Virus record (IMG/VR): IMGVR_UViG_3300020420_000009
Span: 65,719-129,718 of that record
DNA: 64,000 nucleotides
Origin: a virus
Reading direction: 5' to 3' (one strand)
Shown: positions 37,780 to 47,848 of the stretch, piece by piece
Position numbering within the stretch: position 1 is the stretch's first letter
Layout: the number at the start of each line of letters is the position of its first letter
The notes under the pieces: model-generated
Database searches by the model: none
The model's input: the letters and a program-made list of their open reading frames with translations, nothing else
Told to the model about the DNA's origin: nothing
Made by a program: the position numbers and the translations under genes

Positions 37780-39174
37780 ATGCCAGAAATAGACACAATA
37801 TTGGAGAAACTTCGAAGAACTCAACAAGATAAAGATGTTGAGGATAAAAAAGGAACTCAGCCTAAAAAATATTATGCAAAAGACGCTGACGGTGACGAAA
37901 TGTCACAGGATACAAAGGATAAGAGAGCTGCTCATTTTGCAAAGGGCAGTAAAGAACCAGCTCCTGGCGATGCAGATGCAGAAACAAAACCTTCTAAACA
38001 CACTAAAAAATTCAAAAAAATGTTTGGAGAGAAATATAAGAAAACAGATATGACTGCAATTTCTTCTTGGAAGAAGAAACTAAAGAATGTGAAAGGTATA
38101 TCTAAAGATATGATGCAACAATTATCTACATTACCTACACCAGTAGTCACTTCTCTAATCAATCAAATAGGTATGATTGTAGCAGGTGACATACCACTAG
38201 ACGAAAGAGTCTACACAAACATTCACAACAAAATCAAGAAGATTAGAAATCTAAAAAGAAAAGAATCAGAGTATATTGCAAGTATAGACCCAGCAGTATT
38301 AGGTCAAGTAGTCAAAGCTCTTATACCTATGTTTGAAGAAGACTTGAAAGAAGCTGGTCTTTGGGATAACATTCGTGCAAAGAGAGCTCGTGGTGAGAAA
38401 ATGAGACCTAAAGGTGCAAAAGGAGCTCCTACAGACGACCAAATCAAAAGAGCTCAAGAAGAAATAGAAGAAGGTAAGTTAGTTGCAAGTAATAGAGACA
38501 TAGTCAGAAAGATATTAGACGATATCTATAAGAAAGTAGAGAAAGAATTATCAAAGAATAAAGAGAAAGGTATTGCACTGATTAATACATTAGGTGCATT
38601 TGTAGGTCATAAAGTCACAGATAAAGCACAACAGAAAAATAAGTTATTCCTGAAATTCGGAGATAATATACAGGAAGACGCTGCTGTTGACGCTGCAAAT
38701 CTCAAGGCAAGACAAGCAGAAGAGATAGAGAGACTCAAACAAAAACATGAAGGTGAAGTCGAGGCACTCAAAGACAGACACGAAAGAGAAATGAGAGCAA
38801 TAGACCTACAGAAAGAAAAAGAAACACAGAACAAAGCGATAGACGCAGAGAGAGAAGCAGCGAGAAAGAAAGCAACAAACGAATCCATTCAGGAAAAAGC
38901 ACCTGATACAGGTGACGCAATGAAACGATATAAAGCAGGTAAAGCTGGATTCGGTGATAAAACACATTTAAAAGCAAAAGGACTCATTCCTCGTTCAGAC
39001 GGAACGAAGAGAAAATCACCCAAGTATGAGAAACTTAACCCTAAAAAAGATGACGCAGGAGATTATATTGATGACTTTAGAAAGTCTGACGCACCCCAAT
39101 TTAAAGGTAAGTCAGATAAGAAAATCAGGAAAATGGCTGTTGCAGCCTATCTCTCCGATAAGGAAGGAAAGTAA
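37780..39174 (+). CDS. Modular K/E-rich internal head or prohead-core-like protein
   Basis: CTAAATA 5 nt before the ATG; modules separated by LDE/LKE/IEE/IQE. Confidence 0.6.
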   Translation: MPEIDTILEKLRRTQQDKDVEDKKGTQPKKYYAKDADGDEMSQDTKDKRAAHFAKGSKEPAPGDADAETKPSKHTKKFKKMFGEKYKKTDMTAISSWKKKLKNVKGISKDMMQQLSTLPTPVVTSLINQIGMIVAGDIPLDERVYTNIHNKIKKIRNLKRKESEYIASIDPAVLGQVVKALIPMFEEDLKEAGLWDNIRAKRARGEKMRPKGAKGAPTDDQIKRAQEEIEEGKLVASNRDIVRKILDDIYKKVEKELSKNKEKGIALINTLGAFVGHKVTDKAQQKNKLFLKFGDNIQEDAAVDAANLKARQAEEIERLKQKHEGEVEALKDRHEREMRAIDLQKEKETQNKAIDAEREAARKKATNESIQEKAPDTGDAMKRYKAGKAGFGDKTHLKAKGLIPRSDGTKRKSPKYEKLNPKKDDAGDYIDDFRKSDAPQFKGKSDKKIRKMAVAAYLSDKEGK

Positions 39175-39404
39175 TGTCAGGAAACAAAACAGACAACGGA
39201 GTCCTAGAGATAGGGACAGACGAGATAAGGTTATCCTATCAGGAAGACACACCAGGCCAGAGTGTGGACGAATATATCAAAGAAAAGGAAAAATCGTTTC
39301 ATGAACAGAAGGATAAAGTAAAAAAATCCTTTAAACAAGTATTTGGTAATCCATTGAAAGGTTATCCAGCAAACGAAGAATTTGAAGTTGAAGAAATTAA
39401 ATAA
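39174..39404 (+). CDS. Conserved small late protein
   Basis: LEIGTDE...Y...TPGQ motif. Confidence 0.6.
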   Translation: MSGNKTDNGVLEIGTDEIRLSYQEDTPGQSVDEYIKEKEKSFHEQKDKVKKSFKQVFGNPLKGYPANEEFEVEEIK

Positions 39405-39946
39405 TGAAAACACTGAAAGAACAAGCAATCAGTGAAACCCTTGAGGCAATGCAGTCCGAGGGTATCAATCTATTAGACAATCCATTTAGATTAGGTTCTC
39501 AAATGTTTTTTGAGACGATAAATGAGGCAAGAAAACTTATAAATGAGGGTAGATATACACTTACAGAGGTTGATAAAAATATAATAGAAACAGATATTGG
39601 AGAGTTCGAAGTATTTGAAGGAGAATTAGTTCCCTTAGACTTACCACAATTCACTTATATAAATGAGGAAGAAAAGGTAGAACTCAATAAACCAAAGAAA
39701 GGTGGCCCAAAAAAGTATTATGTGTATGTAAAAGACCCTAAAACAGACAAAGTAAAAAAGATTACATGGGGAGACACAACAGGTCTCAAAGTTAAACTAG
39801 GAAACGAAAAGGCAAGAAAATCCTTCGCTGCAAGACACAAATGTGAGTCTGCAAATGATAAGACTACTGCAAGATATTGGGCATGTAGACTACCTCATTA
39901 TGCAAAACAACTAGGTTTGTCAGACGGTGGGAACTTTTTTTGGTAG
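39404..39946 (+). CDS. Conserved phage protein with basic C-terminal domain
   Basis: KKYYVYVK...KKITWGD...ARKSFAARHKC...ARYWAC. Confidence 0.7.
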   Translation: MKTLKEQAISETLEAMQSEGINLLDNPFRLGSQMFFETINEARKLINEGRYTLTEVDKNIIETDIGEFEVFEGELVPLDLPQFTYINEEEKVELNKPKKGGPKKYYVYVKDPKTDKVKKITWGDTTGLKVKLGNEKARKSFAARHKCESANDKTTARYWACRLPHYAKQLGLSDGGNFFW

Positions 39947-39956
39947 ACTAAATACT

Positions 39957-40244
39957 ATGGTGTTAAGACCATATACAGACGAAATTTTAGAGAAACACGG
40001 AACCGAAGAGACTTACAAGATAAGAACCTTCGATGAAGACTTAGAAGATAGAGAGCTTATCTGGCATAGAGATAAAGATACTCGTAGAGTCACGGTTTTA
40101 TCAGGAGATGGTTGGGAATTACAGCTTGATGACGAGTTGCCAAAACCATTAATTAAGGGAAAAAGCTATGCAATACCCAAAATGAAGTATCACCGAGTCA
40201 TAAAAGGTGGTGGTAATCTTATTGTAAAGATTGAGAATATATAA
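39957..40244 (+). CDS. Cupin-like protein
   Basis: ELIWHRD...W.LQ.D.ELP...IP...YHRVIKG. Confidence 0.65.
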   Translation: MVLRPYTDEILEKHGTEETYKIRTFDEDLEDRELIWHRDKDTRRVTVLSGDGWELQLDDELPKPLIKGKSYAIPKMKYHRVIKGGGNLIVKIENI

Positions 40245-40255
40245 ATAATACTGTT

Positions 40256-40759
40256 ATGAGTTATAAATCAGAAAGTTGGCAAGAGAAACTAGAGCAAGTT
40301 CGTTCTCATATTAAACTGAAAGAAGGTTCAGTAGAGAAGAGTGCAGATGAGATTCTAGAATCACAAATCGAAGAAGAACTCGCAAATTCATTCATCGAAG
40401 AAGAAGTTATTGATGAAAAGAACATGTCCAGTGGTGACATGATTAAGAAATTGTTTAAACTCCGAAAAGATAAAGAAATCGCAGGAGTTGCAAATCTTCT
40501 GAACATGACCGATGTTAAAGTTCTACAATCTATGCAGAAACAAAATCCAAAAGGTTTTGCAAGAATGGCTGCAAAGATGGGAGAACTACCAGCCATGGAA
40601 GAAGTAGAAGAACAAGTTGTTGAAGAGTCAGTAGAAAAGACCACAGAAAAACTCGTAGAAAGAAACATGTTGGGTCGTCTCGCAAAGCAGTTGAAACTCA
40701 ACGAAGAAGGTAAACAAAAAATGTTTGCATACTTTGAAAAAGGAGAATTAAAACAATGA
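40256..40759 (+). CDS. E-rich putative prohead core protein
   Basis: TATAAATA at 40240-40247; many (I/V/L)xE sites. Confidence 0.55.
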   Translation: MSYKSESWQEKLEQVRSHIKLKEGSVEKSADEILESQIEEELANSFIEEEVIDEKNMSSGDMIKKLFKLRKDKEIAGVANLLNMTDVKVLQSMQKQNPKGFARMAAKMGELPAMEEVEEQVVEESVEKTTEKLVERNMLGRLAKQLKLNEEGKQKMFAYFEKGELKQ

Positions 40760-41502
40760 TAAACGACCTACCTAAGTCTCTAGTAGAAGATTCAAGAAAA
40801 CTTCTACAACAAGGAGCAGATTACGAAGAGTTCTTTAAGAAAGCACTAAAGAAATTTGGTGTGAACTCCCCAGCAGATTTTAAATCAGACGAAGAAAAGA
40901 AAAAGTTTTTTGATTATGTAGATAAAAACTTCAAAGGTAAATCAGAAAGTGTATCAGTCAAAGAATTCTATAGAGGATATCTATTAGACGAAGGTTCACT
41001 AAACTATGTCTATTTTGATAAATCAGAAGCAAATAAATTTAAGAAAAAAGTTGAACCATTTGTAGATTCAGTAGAAATGGAAAGAAGTATTGCAGGCCAT
41101 TTCAATGTTATGGTCAAAGGTGAAAAGAAAGACCTTAAAAGAGCAACAGATATTGCAATCAAAATGTCAGAAGAGATTGAACCTTTAGGAGAAGCAAAAA
41201 AGGGAAAGTATAAAAGCAAGAATCAGAACAAGGTTCTTGCACAAATGAAAAAAATCTTGTCAAGAGAAAAGAAGGCAAAAGACGGTTCAGGCGATGACAA
41301 AAGAATAGATGATTTCATGAAAGCATACAAAAAAGGTTTTGAGACTGAAATGTATGACGACATGGAAATTCTTACAAGGCGTTCATTGAAAGATATAGAT
41401 AAAATCTTTAGTAAAATGGTTAACTCACAAAACGAACAAGAACTAGCTGCAGTATTGCAGAAACATGACCCCGACTTTTATGACATGATGTTCGGGTTTT
41501 AA
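40756..41502 (+). CDS. Modular putative internal head protein
   Basis: DYEEFFKKALKKFGVNSP...KKKFFDYVD module. Confidence 0.55.
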   Translation: MINDLPKSLVEDSRKLLQQGADYEEFFKKALKKFGVNSPADFKSDEEKKKFFDYVDKNFKGKSESVSVKEFYRGYLLDEGSLNYVYFDKSEANKFKKKVEPFVDSVEMERSIAGHFNVMVKGEKKDLKRATDIAIKMSEEIEPLGEAKKGKYKSKNQNKVLAQMKKILSREKKAKDGSGDDKRIDDFMKAYKKGFETEMYDDMEILTRRSLKDIDKIFSKMVNSQNEQELAAVLQKHDPDFYDMMFGF

Positions 41503-41505
41503 GCC

Positions 41506-42210
41506 ATGAATATATTCCAACAACTAAAAGAAAAGAAAGTTCTAGACAAAGACGGTAAAGTCGATGCACTAGGGCCTTACGGAAAACAGAAACTAACAGG
41601 GTCAGAGGTTGCACAATACTTTAGAAAAAATAAAGTTAGAGATGCAAAAATTAAGAAAGCTGTAGAGGTTGCACTTGACCTCGGTGGTGCAATGTCAGTT
41701 GCACAAAAAGAAATCAAAAAATTCTATGGTAGTAAGATTCTAAATTCAAGAGAAGTTAAAAATGCACTTAAGTTTGCAAACGAATCATACGAATATAACA
41801 ATGCAGCTGCAGATTTAGAAGAAGGATTTTTTGCAGAGGAGACTGCATTCGAGGCAATGCAAGACATAGTAAAAAACAAACAAGCAAAGAAAGTTAAGGG
41901 TGTCATGGTCGATATGTTCACTGCAAGTGTTATAACTCAAGCATATGACAAAGTTAATGATTCCAATAAAAAGAAAATAGAAAAAGCAAAATTAGAACAA
42001 CTTGTCAAAATGGCACATAAAGTTATGGGCATGAAGACAAAAATGGAAGGATTAGATGAAGGTAAAATGGGTCAAGTGTTTGCAGATATACAACAAGGAG
42101 CAACTGCAAAAGAACTTGCAAAAGATTATAAAATACCTTTAGATGTTGCAAAAGATTTCTTAAAAGATTACTACATGCAAAAAAGAGATAATAGAAAAGC
42201 GTATGCGTAA
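41506..42210 (+). CDS. Modular putative internal head protein
   Basis: MNIFQQLKE start; VDMFTAS.I...YDKVN..NK module. Confidence 0.55.
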   Translation: MNIFQQLKEKKVLDKDGKVDALGPYGKQKLTGSEVAQYFRKNKVRDAKIKKAVEVALDLGGAMSVAQKEIKKFYGSKILNSREVKNALKFANESYEYNNAAADLEEGFFAEETAFEAMQDIVKNKQAKKVKGVMVDMFTASVITQAYDKVNDSNKKKIEKAKLEQLVKMAHKVMGMKTKMEGLDEGKMGQVFADIQQGATAKELAKDYKIPLDVAKDFLKDYYMQKRDNRKAYA

Positions 42211-43357
42211 TGAGTTTAATACTGCACGAGAAATATTGGAAGACACTATAAGTGAATCGCCAGATAAAGCTCTAAAAAAGAAAGCAGATAAAACAGGAAT
42301 GCCATTCGGTATCCTAAAACAAGTATTCCAAAGAGGTGTTAAAGCATGGCAATCAGGTCATAGGCCTGGAACAAACGCAGTTCAGTGGGGTCATGCACGC
42401 GTTAATTCTTTTGTCACTAAATCAAAAGGAACATGGGGTGGTGCAGATAAAGACTTGGCTGCAAAGGTTCAAGGTAAGAAAGAAGAAGTTAACGAAGTCA
42501 CTGATAAAGAAATAAATGCAGTCAAAAAACTTTCAAAAGATATTGAGAAAGTTAAAAAGAATTATTTCAAGATTGCAAAAATGGGTGATAAGACACTCAA
42601 AAATACAAGTTTCAATAAAAAATATGAATCTATCTTAAAAGCACAACAAGAAATCTTATCATTGATTGGTGAATTATCTAATCAAAAAATGATGCAAGGT
42701 GAAGAAGTAGAAGTTTTCAAAAACATGCCAGTCATAATCGAAGACTATAAAGCAGTTATGGGAATGTTCAATGACGGTAATTGGAAAAAGATAGTCAAAA
42801 AACATAAAAAAGCAATAGACGATTTCAGAAACGAAAAGAGACAGAAAGATTTACCTTGGGAAGTTGAAACAAAATTAGTTGCATGGGCAATAGATAATGG
42901 TGAAGTGAGACGAGAAGACGATGTCGAAGACTTTATTCAAGCAATACTAGACGAAGGATTCAAAAGTGATGCACAAAGAAGAGCTGCATTTGCAAGTGGA
43001 TACAAAGCAAAAGGTAAAAAAGGTAAGAAAGATAAGAAAGAAGAAATCATAGATAATGTTTTAGACATTTGGTATAAAGCTGGTCTACAAGAGAAAAAAG
43101 AATTTAATCCAAAAGTAATTGATAAGATTGCAAAGTTAACAGATAGAAATGACCACAATGAATCAATATTGACACTTGCAAAAGAATTAAAAGACAGAGA
43201 AGCAATCAAACTAATGAATAGTATAAAGGGAATGCATAAAGTATACGGACATATGCCTAGAGAATTAATAGATTTAAGGAATAAAATCTTTGATAATCTA
43301 ATGAGACAGTCAAGTAGTAAGTATAGTAATCATAAAGATGTATACAACGCACTCTAA
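42203..43357 (+). CDS. Modular protein with DUF5824-like domain
   Basis: ALKKKA.KTG.P.GIL.QV..RG..AW..GHRPG....QW..ARVNSF; GFKSDAQRRAAFA module. Confidence 0.6.
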   Translation: MRNEFNTAREILEDTISESPDKALKKKADKTGMPFGILKQVFQRGVKAWQSGHRPGTNAVQWGHARVNSFVTKSKGTWGGADKDLAAKVQGKKEEVNEVTDKEINAVKKLSKDIEKVKKNYFKIAKMGDKTLKNTSFNKKYESILKAQQEILSLIGELSNQKMMQGEEVEVFKNMPVIIEDYKAVMGMFNDGNWKKIVKKHKKAIDDFRNEKRQKDLPWEVETKLVAWAIDNGEVRREDDVEDFIQAILDEGFKSDAQRRAAFASGYKAKGKKGKKDKKEEIIDNVLDIWYKAGLQEKKEFNPKVIDKIAKLTDRNDHNESILTLAKELKDREAIKLMNSIKGMHKVYGHMPRELIDLRNKIFDNLMRQSSSKYSNHKDVYNAL

Positions 43358-43363
43358 TGTCAC

Positions 43364-43936
43364 ATGAGTATTGCAAAAGAAATAGAAAAAATTCTAACTA
43401 CAGATGGTAGAACTAAACTATTCAAAGAGAAGTTAAGAAAGTTAGGATATGTAAAACAAGATACCATTGAGACTAGAAAAGTCCTCGAAAAGGTCGGAGA
43501 CTTTGGAATGATGTCTGACGGTGGTAATAAAAAGATTGCTCGAGCAGTTGCAAAATCGAAGAATGAAAAAGAACTTCGTGCAAAATTAGATAAAATATCT
43601 ACAATGAGTGGAGGTAAATACTCTGAAGCTCAAGAAGATGAAGTCATAGATAGAGCAATAGACGCACTTAACTCAAAGGCAAGAGGGACTCAATTGAGAC
43701 CTGATGCAAATATGTTGGTGCAATTAAGAAAGTTCAAGGATACTAACAAAGACGATAAGGTTAGAACCGATGACATGAAAGACATGAAAGTGAAGGCAAA
43801 AGATGCAATCAAAGTTCATGACACTTTAATGAAGGTTCGAGCCCCCGTAAGAGATAAATACTTGAGACTTTTACAAAAAGATGTAAAAACATTTAAAAAG
43901 ACCTTTAATGCTATATTAAAGGTTGCAAAAAAATAG
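43364..43936 (+). CDS. Basic hypothetical late protein
   Basis: 190-aa K-rich ORF in the late operon. Confidence 0.55.
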   Translation: MSIAKEIEKILTTDGRTKLFKEKLRKLGYVKQDTIETRKVLEKVGDFGMMSDGGNKKIARAVAKSKNEKELRAKLDKISTMSGGKYSEAQEDEVIDRAIDALNSKARGTQLRPDANMLVQLRKFKDTNKDDKVRTDDMKDMKVKAKDAIKVHDTLMKVRAPVRDKYLRLLQKDVKTFKKTFNAILKVAKK

Positions 43937-43949
43937 AGAGGATAGAAAT

Positions 43950-44519
43950 ATGGCATTATGGGGAGTATCAGACGCAGACGAAAGTAAACCAAAATATCTT
44001 TCAGACGCAGATAAAAAGAACTGTATCGCTAAATCAGAAGGTTGGGTTCTAAAGAAAACTGTAGGTTCTAGAAACCTAGAGGAAATTTTAGTCGCAACTG
44101 GAGCTGACCTATCAGTTGGTATTGGACAAGCAGATATCGTGGAAATTGATTTCGTTTCTACTGCATTTGACAAGTCAGACGGTGGAACATTATCCGCTAA
44201 AGTATTCTTTAACGAGAATGTGACTGTCAGTGGAACACCTCAACTATCAGTGACTAACGGAAACGAAGGAACTGGTTCAGGCAGAGGCCCACATGTATTA
44301 TCATATGCTTCAGGTTCAACAACTAACGAACTTGTATTCAGTCTTGCAATAGGAGCTGCAAACGCTGCTACTAACGAGAATGATGTATTAAGTATTGGTG
44401 CAAACTGTGTATCACTCAACGGTGGAACAATTGTTGATAGTGTTGGCGGTGGTAATGCAACCATTACTTCAAGTGCAGATATAGGAACAGCTGCTGGAAC
44501 AATTACAGTTGCAGCGTAA
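43950..44519 (+). CDS. Virion structural protein with Ig-like beta domain
   Basis: MALWG start, GWV, FNENVTVSGTP, YASGS.TN.LVF; GAGG RBS. Confidence 0.6.
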   Translation: MALWGVSDADESKPKYLSDADKKNCIAKSEGWVLKKTVGSRNLEEILVATGADLSVGIGQADIVEIDFVSTAFDKSDGGTLSAKVFFNENVTVSGTPQLSVTNGNEGTGSGRGPHVLSYASGSTTNELVFSLAIGAANAATNENDVLSIGANCVSLNGGTIVDSVGGGNATITSSADIGTAAGTITVAA

Positions 44520-44533
44520 TTTAGAGGATAATC

Positions 44534-44797
44534 ATGAAGGTTAAAGTTTTAGGTTCAGAAGCTGCATGTGGAGTAAGTTCTACAAACGGTTCTAATTTCG
44601 GTAATTCTACTGCGGTTAGACTATGCAATAGTGGAACTACAGATAGATTAGTGTCTGTAGAGACCAGTGCAGCTGCATTAATAGGAACATTCACACTTAA
44701 AGCAGGTGGAGTCGAAGTGGTTGAGAAAGACCCAACAGACGAAATCTTCGCTGCAAATGCAGAAGTATTAGGTGTAGGTGTTGCAATAACGAGTTAA
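44534..44797 (+). CDS. Small beta-rich structural protein
   Basis: A/G/S/T-rich; GAGG RBS. Confidence 0.55.
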   Translation: MKVKVLGSEAACGVSSTNGSNFGNSTAVRLCNSGTTDRLVSVETSAAALIGTFTLKAGGVEVVEKDPTDEIFAANAEVLGVGVAITS

Positions 44798-44800
44798 CAT

Positions 44801-45205
44801 ATGAAAACATTTAAAAATTTTATAACAGAAGCACAAGGTTTTGATTTAAGAACAGCAGGATTTGTTCCTTACGAAATAGACGATAGTGAAGTTAAAGACA
44901 GAGTTAACGCACTATTGGGTCATGTTGCAGTATCAGAATACCTAAACCCTAAAGCTGCAGTGGAACAAATGAAAGCCAAACTCTCACAAATAGGACTAAA
45001 TCCTCAGGCTGCAGATGAGGAGTTAGACTTTACATTAGAAGAAGGTGAATTTAGTCTTGCATTTTCTAAATTCGGAGAAATCACTGGTAAGTCTGTTGAC
45101 ACACCAATCGATGAATTCGAAAAAGAAGAAAAGATTATTAACCTTAATGTAAAGTATGAGCAACTAGATAATGGTTGCTATAAAGTTTACGGTTCATTAG
45201 ATTAA
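44801..45205 (+). CDS. Putative internal head protein
   Basis: MKTFKNFITE start. Confidence 0.6.
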   Translation: MKTFKNFITEAQGFDLRTAGFVPYEIDDSEVKDRVNALLGHVAVSEYLNPKAAVEQMKAKLSQIGLNPQAADEELDFTLEEGEFSLAFSKFGEITGKSVDTPIDEFEKEEKIINLNVKYEQLDNGCYKVYGSLD

Positions 45206-45290
45206 GGAGTCGTGTCCAATCTACAGTGATTAATCTCACTGTTCGAACTGTGAACTTTACCCTACGGGGTCACCTACATACTATTACATT

Positions 45291-45662
45291 ATGAGTCTAT
45301 TTGATAAATTAACAGCAAAAAACTTTCAGGCATATGCATTAAAGCATTATGATGACCCTCAGTGTCAGGACTTGGAAGACTTTCAGGAAGACCTAAGAAG
45401 ATTTAGATATCTCAAAAGGTTATTACATAGATATCACACAAACGGTGAGTTAAGAGAAAGACTCATGTTGAATCATATTATATGTCTATTCAATGTATTT
45501 GGATATCAGGCATGTATGAGAATGTTAGAGTTCAAAATCAAAGACGATAACTACTGGACTTCTATCAAAACTATGTTATTATATCTTGGATATGTTGAAA
45601 ATACATGGAAGACAGATATAGACATAGACCCAAATCTAGCTCAGCGTTTAAGAGAACTTTAA
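45291..45662 (+). CDS. Conserved T4-like hypothetical protein
   Basis: A.KHYDDPQC...F.EDL.RF.YLKRL...ERL.LNHII...NVFG. Confidence 0.72.
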   Translation: MSLFDKLTAKNFQAYALKHYDDPQCQDLEDFQEDLRRFRYLKRLLHRYHTNGELRERLMLNHIICLFNVFGYQACMRMLEFKIKDDNYWTSIKTMLLYLGYVENTWKTDIDIDPNLAQRLREL

Positions 45663-45680
45663 AAATACCTAAATAGTTGT

Positions 45681-46268
45681 ATGAGAATTATAGATACACT
45701 AATCGTTTTCCGCATACTCAAAATGTTGACCACACCATTTAATAAACAACAAGCATTTAAGTTAGGGTTTATAGACAAGAATGGTAAGAGAATCAAAAAG
45801 ATTAAGAATGAACAGGGTTTAATGGTGGACAACAATCCTAAGACAAGAATGGAAAAAAGTTCAATGACTTTTTTACATAGATTAGTATTTAATCTCAAGA
45901 GAATTATAGAGAAAGTTCCTTTTGGTAAATCACAGTTTGCCTCATATGCAGTTGCATTATTATTACTCAAGGAACATACAGAACTAGACGAAGAACAAGC
46001 AGAAGAATTATACGAGAAGTTCTATAGATTCTTGAAAGACAATAATAAACTAGACCCTGAACAAATAGTTGAAGCTGTTGACTTTGCAACATTACAAGAG
46101 AACAAAAACTACAGACTAAAAAGAAAACTATATCAAAATGACGAGACATATAACGAGAAAAGTGAGTGTCTAGTCAAGAGTTTTAAAACTAAAATCTATG
46201 GTATTGACATATACGAAGGATATGTGAATGCAGATAAAGTATATGTGTGTGCAGACGATGTATATTAA
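45681..46268 (+). CDS. Conserved T4-like late protein
   Basis: FRILKMLTTPF...AFKLG.ID.NG...HRLVFNLKR; CTAAATA 5 nt before the ATG. Confidence 0.7.
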   Translation: MRIIDTLIVFRILKMLTTPFNKQQAFKLGFIDKNGKRIKKIKNEQGLMVDNNPKTRMEKSSMTFLHRLVFNLKRIIEKVPFGKSQFASYAVALLLLKEHTELDEEQAEELYEKFYRFLKDNNKLDPEQIVEAVDFATLQENKNYRLKRKLYQNDETYNEKSECLVKSFKTKIYGIDIYEGYVNADKVYVCADDVY

Positions 46269-46995
46269 AGAAGTATTAGATATAGACAACATGGTTTTTA
46301 AATCTATAGAAGATTTAAAGAGACCGAAATACGATAAAATAGAAATATTCAAAGACGGTTGGCAAAAAATCATGTTAGGAGCTCCACCCAAAGGACAAGC
46401 TGTAATCAAAGAACTAAAAGAGATGCAAAATTATATAGAGACTGCAACAGACGAACAGAAAAAACAATATATCAATTGTGACGAAGACGCTTCTTACTAC
46501 ATAAAACAGTATCTAGAAGACCATGATTTAGATTATGAAGAAGACGATATAGAATACATAGAACAACAATGTAGACCAGTCATACGACACTACAAAAATC
46601 ATTTTAATCGTGCAAGACCATATCAAGTTGCAGATAAAATAGATATGGAACTGGATAGATTTGATACAGATACAAGCAAATCACCCTCATATCCCAGTGG
46701 ACATACAGTTCAACCACTTGTAGTTGCAGAAGTCTATAGTAAATTATATCCACAACACAGAGCAGGACTTATAAAAGGTGCAAAGGTTTGTGGATTTGGT
46801 AGAGTTCTAGCAGGATTACATTATCCTTCTGATTATGAATCGGGAGTAAAACTTGCAGAGGGATTAGTAGATTATTTAGATTATGATATTAAAGAAGATG
46901 CACCCGTGAATTCAACAGGAGCTGGTATATCAATGGCTCCTACAGCACTCGGAAAGAAAAAGAAAAAGAAAAAATTTGATATCTACACCCGTTAA
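46258..46995 (+). CDS. PAP2-family acid phosphatase
   Basis: K..FNRARP, PSYPSGH, R..AGLHYPSD; C-terminal IKEDAPVN...K7 module. Confidence 0.82.
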   Translation: MYIKEVLDIDNMVFKSIEDLKRPKYDKIEIFKDGWQKIMLGAPPKGQAVIKELKEMQNYIETATDEQKKQYINCDEDASYYIKQYLEDHDLDYEEDDIEYIEQQCRPVIRHYKNHFNRARPYQVADKIDMELDRFDTDTSKSPSYPSGHTVQPLVVAEVYSKLYPQHRAGLIKGAKVCGFGRVLAGLHYPSDYESGVKLAEGLVDYLDYDIKEDAPVNSTGAGISMAPTALGKKKKKKKFDIYTR

Positions 46996-46998
46996 ATT

Positions 46999-47817
46999 AT
47001 GGAAAGATTCTTAAACTATCTTGCACTTGCGACCTCCTTGGGTATCGCAGGTATCGCTGCGTATTTTTCAGTCATAGGTATGGCAACCATATTTGCTGGT
47101 GCATTCATGGGAACTGTAGTTATGATGACTGCATTAGAGTTTGGTAAGATAGTCACTGCAACATACCTACACCTATTTTGGGACAGACTCAATTATATGA
47201 AATACTATCTCACCTTATCGGTGTTTGTTCTTATGTTGATTACTTCATTGGGTATATTTGGGTATCTATCAAAGGCAAACATAGAGACAACACTTGTAGG
47301 AGATTCATACACATTAGAAATGTCTATCATAGACAAGAGAATCGAAGCAAAAGAAGCTCAACTAGATAGATTCGAAGACAGGGTTGCAAACCTAGATAAC
47401 ATTATTGCAACTGCAAGGTCACAGGACAGAAACTATATCGATAGAAGACAGAGAGATGAAAGAATAGAAATTGCAAATGATATTGACATAATAGTAGATG
47501 ATATAGTAAAATTAAATCAAGAGAAACTACCATTTCAAAGATTACAATTAGAACAAGAGGGAGAAATAGGGCCAATCAAATATGTTGCAGAGGTTATATA
47601 CGGTCAAGACGAGTCTGTCAAGTATCTTGACAACGCTGTAAGGTGGGTCATTTTTGCCTTGATTTTTGTATTTGACCCGCTGGCAATCCTATTATTGATA
47701 ACCTCAGCTGGATTAATTGCAAGACCAAAAGGTAAACTCACACCACCAGTTGTAGAGAACAGATATGTCCTACAAGTTCCCAAAAAGAAGATAGAAGAAG
47801 TAAGAAAACCCTCTTGA
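46999..47817 (+). CDS. Multi-TM membrane protein with coiled coil
   Basis: Three N-terminal TMs, SLGIFGYLSKA, EIGPIKY, VFDPLA. Confidence 0.7.
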   Translation: MERFLNYLALATSLGIAGIAAYFSVIGMATIFAGAFMGTVVMMTALEFGKIVTATYLHLFWDRLNYMKYYLTLSVFVLMLITSLGIFGYLSKANIETTLVGDSYTLEMSIIDKRIEAKEAQLDRFEDRVANLDNIIATARSQDRNYIDRRQRDERIEIANDIDIIVDDIVKLNQEKLPFQRLQLEQEGEIGPIKYVAEVIYGQDESVKYLDNAVRWVIFALIFVFDPLAILLLITSAGLIARPKGKLTPPVVENRYVLQVPKKKIEEVRKPS

Positions 47818-47842
47818 TAAAACACCACATTTATAGTATTAT
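47814..47842 (+). promoter_or_regulatory. Sigma70-type promoter of the primase
   Basis: TTGATA-17 nt-TATTAT; ATG 6 nt after. Confidence 0.65.
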
Positions 47843-47848
47843 AGATGT

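Noticed and set aside
45206-45275. Degenerate tRNA (GTTCGAAC resembles a T loop)
   Set aside because: No cloverleaf, acceptor stem or CCA could be built
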